Part shown: in pieces, positions 51,341 through 64,000 of the stretch | Position numbering within the stretch: the stretch's first letter is position 1 | How the letters are laid out: each line of letters starts with the position of its first letter | DNA from: Octopus vulgaris | Taxonomy: Eukaryota | Reading direction: 5' to 3' | NCBI GenBank assembly: GCA_951406725.2 | Contig: OX597818.1 | Span: forward strand, 48,422,001-48,486,000 | Length of the DNA: 64,000 bases | The notes under the pieces: generated by a model | What the model was told of the DNA's origin: nothing | The model's database searches: none | The model's input: only the letters and a program-made list of their open reading frames with translations | Position numbers and translations under genes: made by a program

Positions 51341-52752
51341 GTAAATTGTGTTTAATAACAAGGACCTTGTCTTTATATGTAAAATATTCAGGTTATGAGT
51401 TTAGTATAGATTTCATAGTTTATCAATGACTAAAATTTTATATTTTATGTTTGTAACTGACATAATGGAAGGAATTCCAGCATATTACATTTATTACATA
51501 GGGTTTGCCAATATCAGAGAAAATGTTTTGGGGTTATTTCTTATGGTGCTTTATGTTGTGAAGTGGAGGTGCGTGGCTTAGTGATTAAGGTGTCAGCACC
51601 ATGAACGTAAGATTGTGGTTTCGATTCCTGGACCGGGTGACGTTTTGTGTTCTTGAGCAAAACACTTAATTTCACGTTGCTCCAGTCCACTCAGCTGGCA
51701 AAAATGAGTAACGCTGTGATGGACTGGTGTCCCATCCTACTGGGGAGCACATATGCCATAGAAACTGGGAAACTGGGCCCATGGGCCTGGCTAGGCTTTA
51801 AAAGAGCACATTTATTTTTATTTTTTTATGTTCTGAGCTCAAATACTGTCAAAGTGAACTTTGCAATAATGAGCTAACCTTCTGCTTGTACAGTGTAATT
51901 CGATGCTAACATAATAATAAGCCATTGTTATATTTATAGGTATAGGCGTAGCTATGTGGTTAAGAAGTTTGGTTTCCAGCAACATGATTTTGGGTTCAAT
52001 CCCACTGTGTGAAACCTTGGGCTAGTGTCTTCTTCGAAGCCAGCCTAAGCATTGTCAGTGGATTTGGTTGGCATAAACCAATGGTGCCCAAAGTGAACAG
52101 TAGTGCCTCACTGGGGGCAGTGGAAAGATGCGGTGGGGTGGAACTGAAGAAAAGTTGTGGGTGATAATGGGGTAGCCGAAATCATGTGATGGATGTAAAA
52201 AACAGCAAAATAATGAGTTAATTAGATTAAATTTTATTTGTGAAATACAGTTGTTTTGAATTTGATACAGGAAGTGGTCTGTGTTTGTAGTGGTAGGTGG
52301 GGTGGGGTTGCTAGGGATGTGGTCTGGGTGCCAAGGGGGTGGCAACCCAAGAAGTTTGGGAACCACTAATGTAAACTGAAAGAAACCCATCGTGTGTGCA
52401 TATACATTTATGTTACTGTCACCTTGCTTTGACACCATGCAACATCATTTGAGTTGTAAATGAGCGTCATACAGACAGTATCCTTTATTTCCAATCTTCC
52501 AGGGAAACATGTCTGGCCATGGGGAAATATTACTTTACTCGAAAGGGGTGGTGGTTGCAGAAAGGGCATCCAGCTGTTGATAATCTGTCTCAATGAATTC
52601 CATCTGATCTATGCTAACATGGAAAGGAGCATGTTAAACTACTGATGATGATGACGAATAAAGTTGTCATTCTAGTTGTGATCACAAATTTGTGATCTAT
52701 TTTCCATGATTCAAATCCTCATTAGGTTGATTTAATCTTTCCTCTCACTAAA

Positions 52753-53031
52753 TCAATATCTATAAAGCTGAAATGCGAAAAAGTTGCTGCAGGGGCTAGA
52801 GGTGGTTATCTTTAATTGTGGGTGTAAAAATTCGGGGGATTTTGGAGGGGGGGGCACCAGCTATGGAGATGATGAGAAGGAGAAAAGAAAGAGTGAAAGA
52901 AGATAAAGACAAAGAAAAAGAAAGAAGAGGGCAATAAAAAGAACCAGGCAAAGAAGAAAGGGAAAAGGAGACAACACACAAAACTAACACCACCACCAAA
53001 ACCCGAGCGAAGCACGGGTCAAAATAGCTAG
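52753..53031 (+). mobile_element. Non-autonomous Helitron
   Basis: 5' A/TC start, subterminal hairpin ACCCGAGC-GAA-GCACGGGT, 3' CTAG/T end, no TSD. Confidence 0.75.
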
Positions 53032-54653
53032 TCTAATCATATAAGGACCAAATGTTTTGGTGCCTGGCAGGGTCATAAGATCATAATCAGGTTAGCCTGG
53101 GCATTGTAAATCTATAAAATCTTCAGTAAATCTATAAAAAAAAAAGTCATGTTTCTCCACAAGGAGATTGCAGGGAATTTATTTGACTCTGAAACAACAC
53201 TACTTGTATAAATCCGTAAACGAGATGTAATTCATCAGGAAAAGTTGAGTCTCTGGCAATATGGTAAAAACCGTGAAAAAATATCTTAGAGTGGTGTTTA
53301 TTGGCAACGTGGCAGATGGAAGATAAAATGTGATTATGTCCCTTGCATTCTGAATAATTCAAATCCTGTGTAGGTTCTCCTTTTGCCTTTTATCCTTCCA
53401 AAGTAAAATAAATTCGGGATCAGTGTAATCGACGCATCCATACAACTTAATCGTTATTGACACTGACCTTACAATCGCCTCAGATTGACCATACTCAAAT
53501 AATTGAAGCTGGTAAAAGAATGAATCGTGAGTTGAAGATAAATGTGAAAAACACCAATTATCATTTCTATATTTTTTAACCTATTTCTTTATTGCCCACA
53601 AGGGGCTAAACACAGAGAGGACAGACAAACGGATTAAGTCGATTATATCGACCCCAGTGCGTAACTGGTACTTATTTAATCAACCCCGAAAGGATGAAAG
53701 GCAAAGTCGACCTCGGCGGAATTTGAACTCAGAACGTAGCGGCAGACGAAATACCTATTTCTTTACTGCCCACAAGGGGCTAAACACAGAGGGGACAAAC
53801 AAGGACAGACACACGGGTTAAGTCGATTATATCAACCCCAGTGCATAACTGGTACTTTTTTAATCGACCCTGAAAGGATGAAAGGCAAAGTTGACCTCGG
53901 CGGAATTTGAACTCAGAATGTAACGGCAGACAAAATACCTATTTCTTTACTACCCACAAGGGGCTAAACACAGAGAGGACAGACAGACGGATTAAGTCGA
54001 TTATATCGACCCTTGTGCATAACTGGTACTTATTTAATCGACCCCGAAAGGATGAAAGACAAAGTTGACCTCGGCGGAATTTGAACTCAGAACATAGCAG
54101 CAGACGAAATACCGCTAAGCATTTAGCCCGGCGTGCTAACATTTCTGCCAGCAACCTGTTGAGTAATAAAAGTTGGATTAGTTGAAGTGCATTCTAACCA
54201 TCATCATCATCATCGATTTAAACATCATTGTGTCATATATAACACACACACATGCATGGATGGTGAGCTTCTATCAGTCAAAGGCTCCTGAATCCACTCA
54301 GAAGGCTATGGTTAGTCGAGGGATATATCATCATCATTGGATGGTTTAACAGTAGCTGGCAAACCAGAGGACTGCACCAAGTCTCACTGTCTGTTTTGGC
54401 GTGTTTTTTATGGCTGGATGCCCTTCTAACACCAACCATTTTACAGAGTGGACTGGGTATCTTTTATGTGGCACCAGAAGATATTTGCCCAGTGCTGTGT
54501 AGTGGGATTGAACCTAAAACCACATGACTGGCAAGCTTCTCAGTCATACTACCACACCTGCACCTATCAGCCAATCTTGTCGTTTTAAATTTCTAATACA
54601 AAAGAGTCTTGATTTTTAGCATTATTTTTTGTTGCTTGAATATTGTATGATTA

Positions 54654-55146
54654 CATTATTTACATTTGATGGATATTTGTCCTCATCTTGTTTGTTGTTA
54701 GCACAATATTTCAGCTGATATATCTTCCAGCCTTCATCAGGTGTCTTGGGGAATCTTCAAACCTGGGTTCTCATTCCTAAGGTATTTTTCGATATTATTA
54801 TTATTATTATTATTCAGGTCACTGCCTGGAATCGAACTTGGAATCTTGGGGTTAGTAGCCTGTGCTCTTAACCACTATACCATAAGCCCATGGGCATAGT
54901 GGTTAAGAGTGCGGGCTACTAACCCCAAGATTCCAAGTTTGATTCCAGGCATTGACCTGAATAATAATAATATCGAAAAATACCTTAGGAATGAGAACCC
55001 AGGTTCGAAATTTCCCCAAGACACCTGATGAAGGCTGGAGGGTATATCAGCTGAAACGTTGTGTTAACAACAAACAAGATGAGGACAAATATCCGTCAAA
55101 TGTAAATAATGTACATAATTCCTGATCTCTTAAAATATAGAACTGC
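54654..55146. mobile_element. Head-to-head palindromic tRNA-headed element carrying hammerhead motifs
   Basis: Inverted arms of about 225 bp centred on GCCCATGGGC (54886-54895); tRNA-like A and B boxes; one-sided tail; TSD-like TGTATGATTA/TGTGTGATTA. Confidence 0.8.
55021..55064 (+). ncRNA. Minimal type I hammerhead ribozyme motif
   Basis: ACAC-CUGAUGA-A-GGCUG(loop)CAGCU-GAAA-CG-UU-GUGU: stem I ACAC/GUGU, intact core, palindromic AACGUU instead of a stable stem III. Confidence 0.65.
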
Positions 55147-55224
55147 TGTGTGATTAGTATTGATGAGGTTTTTGTTTTTATCCTACTTGACTGCCTATTT
55201 ATATATCTTCTATTTATAATTTAG

Positions 55225-55333
55225 GTAAAGGTAAAGCTAAGAAAAAGGTACAAAAGCAGAGGGCTCCCAAAAAGTCATTTGATAAAGAACTAACAGACAC
55301 GAGCAAGAAATCAGTGAAGAAGTTCAGATATGG
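55225..55333 (+). CDS. DDX27: DDX27 exon 19
   Basis: GKGKAKKKVQKQRAPKKSFDKELTDTSKKSVKKFRY(G), conserved FD.ELT.TSKK motif. Confidence 0.9.
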
Positions 55334-56063
55334 GTAAGGTTTTTTTTTTTTTTTTTTTTTTTACTGTTTGTTTATCATCAGTATTACAGTAATTATATAA
55401 GCCAAGGAATTATCAAAATGTGTTGTTTTGATATTTGATAAATGTTATGTTATATAAGGCACTACTGTATCCACAGATACACCTGGTAGTCAAGCTGTGA
55501 TATGGTGAAGGCTAAGTGAACCAACTCCAACAGTGAATTGGGACAGAAGAGAACTTGGGGCTCACCGATCTTATGATCGTATTCATCTTAAAGAGAACAT
55601 GAACATTACGAATAGCTAACGATAGTTAGCTATTCATAACCTCATGAGACCATAACCTTGTGGCCTATGTCAGGGGTCTAACCAGCCCACTTATGCGTAC
55701 CTTTCCTTCATTGGACACTAAACTCTGCTTGCGAAGACCTGTTGAAGCAAGTGAAATCGAAATCAAACTGTCCAACTGTTCAACCCATGCCAGCATGGAA
55801 AATGGATGCTAAATGATGATTTAAAGAGGATCCAACTATCTAATAACAGTTAAAAATGCAAAAACTGAAACTTTCAATGGAAAACAAAAATACTACTTCT
55901 CACTTTCAGCTTCCAACCAAAAATTCCATTTGTTAAACAAAGTTGGACACACCCTCCTTTTTGAACCATCATATAATCTCAAAGCATGGCTTTCTTTTGT
56001 TATAAATTCAACTTGGAAGTATTTCTTTCTATTTTATTTTTTCACTTTTTCATTTATTTCTAG

Positions 56064-56115
56064 TCCATCATTCCAAGAGAAGAAAGAGATGGGAATTGTT
56101 GGAAAGAAGAAATAA
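56064..56115 (+). CDS. DDX27: DDX27 last coding exon (20)
   Basis: (G)PSFQEKKEMGIVGKKK then TAA; summed CDS 2190 nt, 729 aa. Confidence 0.88.
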
Positions 56116-58002
56116 AATCTGGTGTGGTAAGTTTTGATTTTCTATTTTAAAAAATCTAAGGTTTACAAAAGTGGAAAATAGTTGTGGTTTTGCTGGCCTT
56201 GATTGGCCCTGTTCCACTAAACATGTGGCGCATAGACAACTTGTTGTGACTTACAAATCCAACATTTTAAACACTCCATGTCTTTTGGTTGAAGAGACAT
56301 GGTTTAGTGTAAGAACCAGAGATTTACTGCATGAGTGCAATATGGAAGTTTTGGTGAGATGTATTATTTTCTTCTTAGTGTCCAGTCTGTTCTTGTGTGT
56401 ATGTAGGTTCTAGTAATGGCTACAGCTGAGATGGACATTGTGGACACAACCAGAACACTGCAGAAGTCAATGCTAATATTCTATGCCTGTTAAGAAGATA
56501 GGATGGATTTGAGTGAAATGCTGGTCAAAAGATGGAAAATTCAATACCAATCAATACAGTCCTAATTATAAATGCTGATGGTTACTTCTGTGAGCAGTAA
56601 AATGTTTTCTACAGAATAATGTGATATTCTTCTAAACATGATTAACCCTTTAGCATTTAAACCGGCCATACCTGGCCCAAATATGCTTCCTGCTTTATGT
56701 TCTAACTGTCCAGATCAAGCTTATCACACCTACCCTTCAATGCCATTATAAAATATACAGTCACATCATCAAAATTTCAAAGCTGCAAAATAATGCAGGA
56801 TTAATTAAAAACAAATTGAATGAAAAAGTGTTACCTTTGACAGAATAACCTGAATGCTAAAGGGTTAAGCAGATATAATGTGGTTGAAAGAGCACAGAAA
56901 TATAAAGAAATTTTCAAATGGCCAGCCCTATAAATTTGTTCAGAAATATATGAAACAATGGTTTGCCTAGAGCAAGAGACCTGCCATTTTTAAGGTTTTA
57001 AATTTTAATATTTCAAATATTTACATATACCATCATTCTTTTCATTCTATCTGCCTTGTCAAGATACATTTAGGTGACCAGCAATACAATGTATGAACCT
57101 TTAAAACAATTAGCTGTGTATTCCAAGAGAATGTAAGCATATGTATGCATTTTATAATGATTCGATGGTTTAACTAAATATTGGTTTCAAATTTTAGCCC
57201 GAGTCCAGCAAGTCCAGGGCTGGGGCTAAGCTGAATACGTCAACTTGAGTGCTCAGCCTGATACTTATTGTATCAACTTCTAAAAGATGGAAGATAAAGC
57301 CAACCTCGGTGGAATTTGAACACAGAACATAAAGACAAGATGAAATACTGCTAAGAATTTTGCCTGGTGTGTTAACCATTCTGCCAGCTTGCTGCCTTGG
57401 TTTAACTAAATATTTATTTCTTTGTTGCCCACAAGGGGATAAACATAGAGGGGACAAACAAGGACAGACAAGGGGATTAAGTCGATTATATCGACCCCAG
57501 TGATTTACTGGTACAAGGCGGCGAGCTAACAGAATCGTTAGCACGCCGGGCGAAACGCTTAGCGGTATTTCGTCTGCCGTTACGTTCTGAGTTCAAATTC
57601 CGCCAAGGTCGACTTTGCCTTTCATCCTTTCGGGGTCGATTAAATAAGTACCGGTTATGCACTGGGGTCAATATAATCGACTTAATCCGTTTGTCTCCTC
57701 TGTGTTTAGCCCCTTGTGGGTAGTAAAGAAATAGGTACTTATTTAATTGACCCCCGAAAGGATGAAAGGCAAAGTCGACCTCAGCGGGATTTCAACTCAG
57801 AACGTAACGGCAGACGAAATACCGCTAGGCATTTCACAAGGCATGCTAACGTTTCTGCCAGCTCACCGCCTTTGGTTTAACTAAATATTGTTAAATTAAA
57901 AAAAAGATTTAATACTAGTTGACTTAACCTTTTTGCTGTGTATGTCATTGTTATGGATTTGCTCAATCTGTATTTGTATATTTTTCCCTTTTATCATTTC
58001 AG

Positions 58003-58070
58003 AAAACCTGCAGCATCAGAGATTTTATGTTAAATATATTAAATTAAATATTTCATATTTTTCAAACATT
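58003..58070 (+). other. DDX27: Probable non-coding terminal exon of DDX27 with ATTAAA poly(A) signal
   Basis: Strong polypyrimidine tract and CAG ending at 58002, ATTAAA at 58038, U-rich downstream; matches a GTG/GTAAGT donor at 56127. Confidence 0.55.
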
Positions 58071-58146
58071 CAATAGCTTTTGTTTTATTCTTTTAAACTG
58101 TGAATATCATTGTACACTTATTATATGTGCAATAATTGTATTATTG

Positions 58147-58412
58147 CAGTGTGGGAGGTGTTTATAAGCCATTTAAGAAACACACAAAACCATTAGATTC
58201 ACTTCAACGTTTAAATTTAACTTGTCAAAATATTTTCATCGCTTTGAGACCATGACGAAAATATTTTGACAAATTAAATTTAAATGTTGAAGTGAATCTA
58301 ACGGTTTTGTGTGTTTCTTAAATGGCTTATAAACACCTTCCACGCTGCAATTGTTTTCGTTCCAGCACACGATCTCAGATCAAGTCACTCGCTATGCAAG
58401 TACATCTCCGTA
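58147..58412. mobile_element. Fold-back insertion with one-sided tail and TSD
   Basis: Inverted arms of about 95 bp (58143-58351); AATTG(T/C)ATTATTG at 58134 and 58413. Confidence 0.7.
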
Positions 58413-59027
58413 AATTGCATTATTGTATAGGTGGATGCCCTTCCTATTTCTTTACTACCCACTACTAAACACAGAGAGGACAAACAAGGACAGACTAATG
58501 GATTAAGTCGATTATATCGACCCCAGTGCGTAACTGGTGCTTAATTTATCGACCCCGAAAGGATGAAAGGCAAAGTTGACCTCAGCAGCATTTGAACTCG
58601 GAACGCAACAGCGGACGAAATACCACAAAGCATTTACCCGGCATACTAATGATTCTGCCAGCTCACCACCTTGTAGGTAGATGCCCTTCCTGTCATAATC
58701 CTCACCTCAGCAAGGTAATATGTCGTGTAACTTGACAAATTTTTCGTGGAAGACTGGAAATGAACGGTGTAGTCTCTATGATAGTGATACTCAGTTACAA
58801 CCATCTCACTCAATCTCCACAATCATGCATGCAAGGTGGGCTTTCAGTTTCTGTCCATCAAATTCACTTACAAGGCCTGCATAAGGTGCTGCACAGTGGG
58901 ATTGCATGGTTGGAAAGCAAGCTTATTAACCACACAGCCGTGCCTGTGCCTGTAATGAATCCTCCTCAACATCATCATCACTTAACATCCGTTCTCCATG
59001 CTGGCATGGGTTGGATGGTTTGACTGA

Positions 59028-59262
59028 GGCTGGCGAGCTGGCAGAAATGTTAGCACGCTGGGCGAAATGCTTAGCAATATTTCGTCTGCCGTTGCGTTCT
59101 GAGTTCAAATTCCGCCGAGGTCGACTTTACCTTTCATCCTTTCAGGGTCGATAAATTAAGTACCAGTTACGCACTGGGGTTGATATAATCGACTTAATCC
59201 GTTTGTCTGTCCTTGTTTGTCCCCTCTGTGTGTAGCCCCTTGTGGGTAGTAAAGAAATAGGT
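59028..59262 (+). mobile_element. tRNA-derived SINE family A (also 9819-10208, 15588-15812, 20790-21362, 25330-25710, 41948-42175, 43365-43575, 53580-54152, 57180-57870, 58443-58672, 63461-63792)
   Basis: GGCGAGCTGGCAGAA head, GAGTTCAAATTCC B box, central GCCTTTCATCCTTTCGGGGTCGAT block; the copy at 43365 has an AAGAGCATGC target duplication. Confidence 0.85.
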
Positions 59263-62200
59263 TTGATAGGGGCTGGCAAGCCACAGTGCTGCACCAGGCT
59301 CCAGTTGTCTGTTTTGGCATAGGAAGATCACCCAGCTGTAGAAACTAAACGCCAGCCACTTTCCAGAGTCTATTGGGTGCTTTCTATGCAGTTCCAGCAC
59401 ATGTGCTCTTTACATGGTGCCACCATGGGTGCCTGTCATTGGGAAATTTTTCTTGCTGATATTTTATTTCTCTTTCCAAAATCAAAGAATTACAGATGAA
59501 TTACAAGCTTAAAGAGTACTCTCAAGTTAAATGATAAAGTGGTGATGCTGTATGTGTAGGGTAAGAGCATGTGGATGCTGAATTCTTGAATATTTTTACA
59601 AATTAACAGAGAAACGAAATTCAAATTTGCTAGATTTAAAGAATTATCTGTTGCAAAGGAAATTCAAAAGCTGTTACTTCCATGACATAATTAACTCTTT
59701 CAAAGTATAGTAGCTAGTGTGCAGGTAGTTGTTACTTCTTTAAACAATAAAAGATTTCTTTCTTTGGCTAGCATTTCAGCTGAAACCATTCTATCTTCTT
59801 TTCTGTCATATTATATCCAGGACTGAGTTTCTATTATTCCATTTTTAGAACACTAAAATGAAGGTTGAGGGGAACTCAGCTATCATTTCTAGCAACATAA
59901 ACACAATATTATCTTTTACTTCTTAGCTTTTTACATTCAGGTATTATCCACATGCGGCATAGGCATCTCACACCAAACATCCACTGCTTCTGTAAGCAGA
60001 GACCACTAAAACGTCCTTCATTGAAGAATATGTCAACATAATCATGACATCAGCATTAGGAAGGGCATCCAGCCATGACATTCACTGCTTCTGTAAGCAG
60101 AGACCACTAAAATGTCCTTCAGTGAATAATATGTCAACCTAATCTCTTTCAACATAATTATGGCATCAGCATTAGGAAGGCCATCCAGCCATAGAATCTA
60201 TACCAAAACTGAAACACTGTGGTTAAGATGCTGTCCTCTGACACAATAAGGATAGATAGGAGAAAGATCCTTCTTGAGTCATTTAAGCTCATATGGCCAT
60301 TTTCCATGGCACATATATTTCCCCTCTAGATGTGACACCAGTCCATTGCAGGCTAACTCACTTTCACCTGCTGATTGGATTGGAGCAATGTGAAAGGAAT
60401 TGTTTTGCTCAAGAACACGACACAATGCCTAGTCCAGGAATCAAAGCTAAAACCTTTTGATCATGAGTTCATCACTCTTAATGATTCACCTGCCAAGTCT
60501 TCCAACAATGCCTAATCTAATGCAGGTGATTCCATCTTTAACACTGCGATAACCTTTGGTGCCCAAGTGCCATTCTCATGCAACCTAAACATCTCACACC
60601 AAATCCACACTTCTAGTGAGGTTGTGTCAATCTTATCTCCTTCAAAAGCACAAAGACACAATCACTAGATATAGTGAGAAAACTATTGTCCCCTACCTTC
60701 CTAAATGTGAATATCAAACAAAATCTCGCTAAGTCAAAGGCCTCCACCCTCTAGCACAATGGATCCTATCAAACCATCCAACCTGTGCCAGTATGGAAAA
60801 TGGATGTAAAATGGTGATCAAGAAAATGTTCTAGTGCCTCACTCTCTACACATGAGCAATACAAAAGCTCTCAAAATGCTAAGACCTTGTAATCTCTTAT
60901 GGTGACCCCCTCATACTTTACTTACCATTATTAAAATTGTATTCTGTAGGCTAAGCTTTCTTTTCTTTGTCCAGAACATATTCCAGCCCCAATCAGTTCT
61001 TGGTCCTCTATAAACTTAAAGTAAGACCTCCCTACCTGCACTAGGGTACTGTTCATATCTTCCAGGTCTTGCTTCCTACAACATTATGGATCAGATTATT
61101 TGATGAGGCAGATTTTCTATGGCTGGGTTATCTTCTTGTCACCAACTGTCACATGTTTCCAAGCTTGGTATTATTTTTGCTCAGTTCAAACGTTTTAATG
61201 GAAGGCTGCAAATAAACTACTAAGTCCATTAAGTATAAAAGAACCTGGTATAAACAAAATCAATGTAAACATAAACACAGATACACACATCCAGAGCTGT
61301 AGAGTTGGTACACAAATCTTTGAAACTGTCTCCAGCTCCTCAATTAATGGTATTACTACCAACTCTGATTCCTTTATCTGCAATTAGGCTAATTATATAT
61401 TTCTTATGTTCATTGAAAGCACACAATATACATTAGCACTCTAACCTGTTAAAGTTTGAGTTTAAAGACAAAACTTTCAAAATTACAAAAAAAGGGTCTG
61501 TTTTTATCTAAAGGCGTAAAGTAAAAAATATAAAAGAAAAATCTCTATAGTAAGAATTACATTAAAAATCTAAATCCCAAATTTCCTAACATCATTCTTA
61601 GAAAGAATTACTTCTAGCAGATCCTCATAGAAACCCTTAAATCTAATTTATTTTCAATGCTGGAACAGTCAAATTGATATCTGTTATCCACTTTTCAACT
61701 CTTCACTATTGCCCACACTGGATAGAACTCTAAAGGTATCCCTCTCCATTTCACTGAGCTTATAATTTGCAATTGCTTCAAACCATCACCAAGGCCTCTG
61801 ACTCTCACAGTATCTCCTCCGTTACCCTCAAACAATCTCTCTCTACCAGGATATATGATAACCTTTGGTAAAAGGCTGCAGAGTGTCCCATTCTAAGGAC
61901 TGCTCTTCTGACCCTTGTAAAGGTAGTATTTAATGTCAGCAAAGCATTCAGCTGGGCCAGGCATGCTGACCAATCTCCTAACCAAGTTGGGTGCCATCTG
62001 TCTCTTAGATTGGAGACTTCCTCTCAAATCATGCATGTTATGATGAAATGCTCTTTTATTTTGTTCTCCTATACATGTAATGATTCACTCGCCAACTCTT
62101 CCAGCAATGCCTGTTCTAATGCAGATGATTCCATCTTTAACACTGCCATAACCTTTGGTACCCAAGTGCCATCCTCATGCAACCTAAACATCTCACATCA

Positions 62201-64000
62201 AATCCACACTTCTAGTGGGGTTGTGTCAATCTTATCTCCTTCAAAAGCACAAAGACACAATCACTACACAGCAAGAAAACTATTGTACCCTACCTTCTTA
62301 AATCATCATCATCATCATTGTTTAATGTCCGTTTTCCATGCTAGCATGGGTTGGACGGTTCGACCGGGGTCTGGGGAGCCAGGAGGCTGCACCAGGCTCC
62401 AGTCTGATCCGGCAGTGTTTCTACAGCTGGATGCCCTTCCTAATATCAACCACTCCGTGAGTGTAGTGGGTGCTTTTTATGTGCCACCGGCACAGGTGCC
62501 AGATGAGGCTGGCAACGTCCACGATCGGTGCTTTTTGCGTGCCACCGGCACGGAAGCCAGTCGAGGCGGCGCTGGCAATGGACACATTTAAATGATGCTT
62601 TTCACTAGCCACCGGCACTGGTATCACAACTACAATTTCCATTGATTTTTTGATCGATTTCGATTTCACTTGCCTATCAAACAAAATCTCCCAAAGTCAC
62701 TAAAAATGCTGGACCTCTTCATTAATGATCTTACAAAGACAAGCATTCCTCTTGAGGGCCACAAAATACTTCTCTTCACAACAGTTACTAATGTGATACA
62801 AAGCTCGGGTGAGACCCACTCATTATTATCATGTGTTTGTTTTCCATGTTGGCATAGGTTAGACAGTTCAGCTGGAACTGGTAAGCCAGCGAGCTGCACC
62901 AGGCTTCAGTCTGTTTTGGCCTGGTTTCTATGACTGGATGCCTTTAACATGTCACTGCCATGGGTGATCTTCGTGTGTCACCAGCACTGGCCCCGACTAC
63001 AATTTCACTAAGTTTGATGTATCTTCTCAAGCACAACAAATTGCCAACAGTCTTGGTCACTAGTCATCACCTCTGTGAAACACAACATTCAAATATCACG
63101 TTTCACAATGGAATAAATACTACATCTAAACTGGTTGATATGAAGTTGCTCACCAACCCACTGCATCTTCTTGCACACAGACTGTTTTCTCAGTCTGTCA
63201 CTACTACAGTGACCTCTGCGACTTTGAGCTGGTTAATCTCATTCCACCTCCGCTCACATTCAATAAACTCTTCTCTTCATGTCACTCACTCATACTGTAT
63301 TCACTTGCTCTGACCCCTTTGACCAATCCTCCCTCCCTCCCTAGAACATTATGCCTCTGGAATTCCCTTTCTGCCCATGTTTTTCCATCTGATGCCAACT
63401 TATAGTTGATTAAGTACATCAGCTGCATTGATTGATCTGACTGACCTCAGAAGACATGTTAAGGCGGTGAGCTGGCAGAAACATTAGCACGCCGGGCGAA
63501 ATGCTTAGTGGTATTTCGTCTGCCATTACGTTCTGAGTTCAAATTCCGCCAAGGTCGACTTTGCCTTTCATCCTTTCGGGGTCGATTAAATAAGTAAAGT
63601 TATGTACTGGCGTCGATGTAATCGGCTTAATCCATGTGTCTATCTTTGTTTGGCCCCTTGTGGGTAGTAAAGAAATAAGTATTTCGTCTGCCACTACGTT
63701 CTGGTGGAATTTGAACTCAGAACGTAACAGCAAATGAAATACCGCTAACCATTTCGCCCGGTGTGCTAACGTTTCTGCCAGCTCGCCGCCTTTAATATAT
63801 TTATATTCTTGTCTATCAAATCCACTAATGAAGCTATAGTAGACAATATTTGCTCAAGGTGCTGTAGAGTGGGACTGAAGACATGATTTCAATTCAGTCC
63901 CACTGTACAGCACCTTGGGCAAGTATCTTTTACTATAACCCTTTGTGAGTGGAAATAGGCAGATGGAAACTGAATGAAGCCCATCGTACAGATATATGTG

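Noticed and set aside
62010-62591. 193-aa ORF on the plus strand
   Set aside because: It runs through a duplicated decayed repeat and a family D SINE; no recognisable domain or splice context.

Overview
AT-rich, repeat-dense eukaryotic genomic DNA. The SINE families resemble those of octopus (cephalopod mollusc); this taxon call is by recognition, not a search. Two intron-rich genes sit head-to-head with only 430 bp between their start codons. FEN1 (flap endonuclease 1) is on the minus strand with coding exons 1-6 visible (ATG at 13045); it runs off the left edge. DDX27 (DEAD-box helicase, Drs1 orthologue) is on the plus strand with 20 coding exons, 13476-56115, about 729 aa, all GT-AG and phase-consistent, plus a probable non-coding last exon near 58003. 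The introns hold at least four SINE-like families, CR1, Dong/R4 and RTE LINE fragments, a decayed Ty3/Gypsy, piggyBac-, Tc1/pogo-, hAT- and Merlin-like MITEs and a small Helitron. Most notable: (i) a head-to-head palindromic element joining a tRNA-like Pol III head to a minimal type I hammerhead ribozyme, one of several fold-back insertions with one-sided tails and target-site duplications that look Penelope-like; (ii) a CpG/E2F-motif-rich module present three times in FEN1 intron 1; (iii) a probable intron 11 nt after the DDX27 stop codon. Exon boundaries were read by eye; repeat boundaries are approximate.
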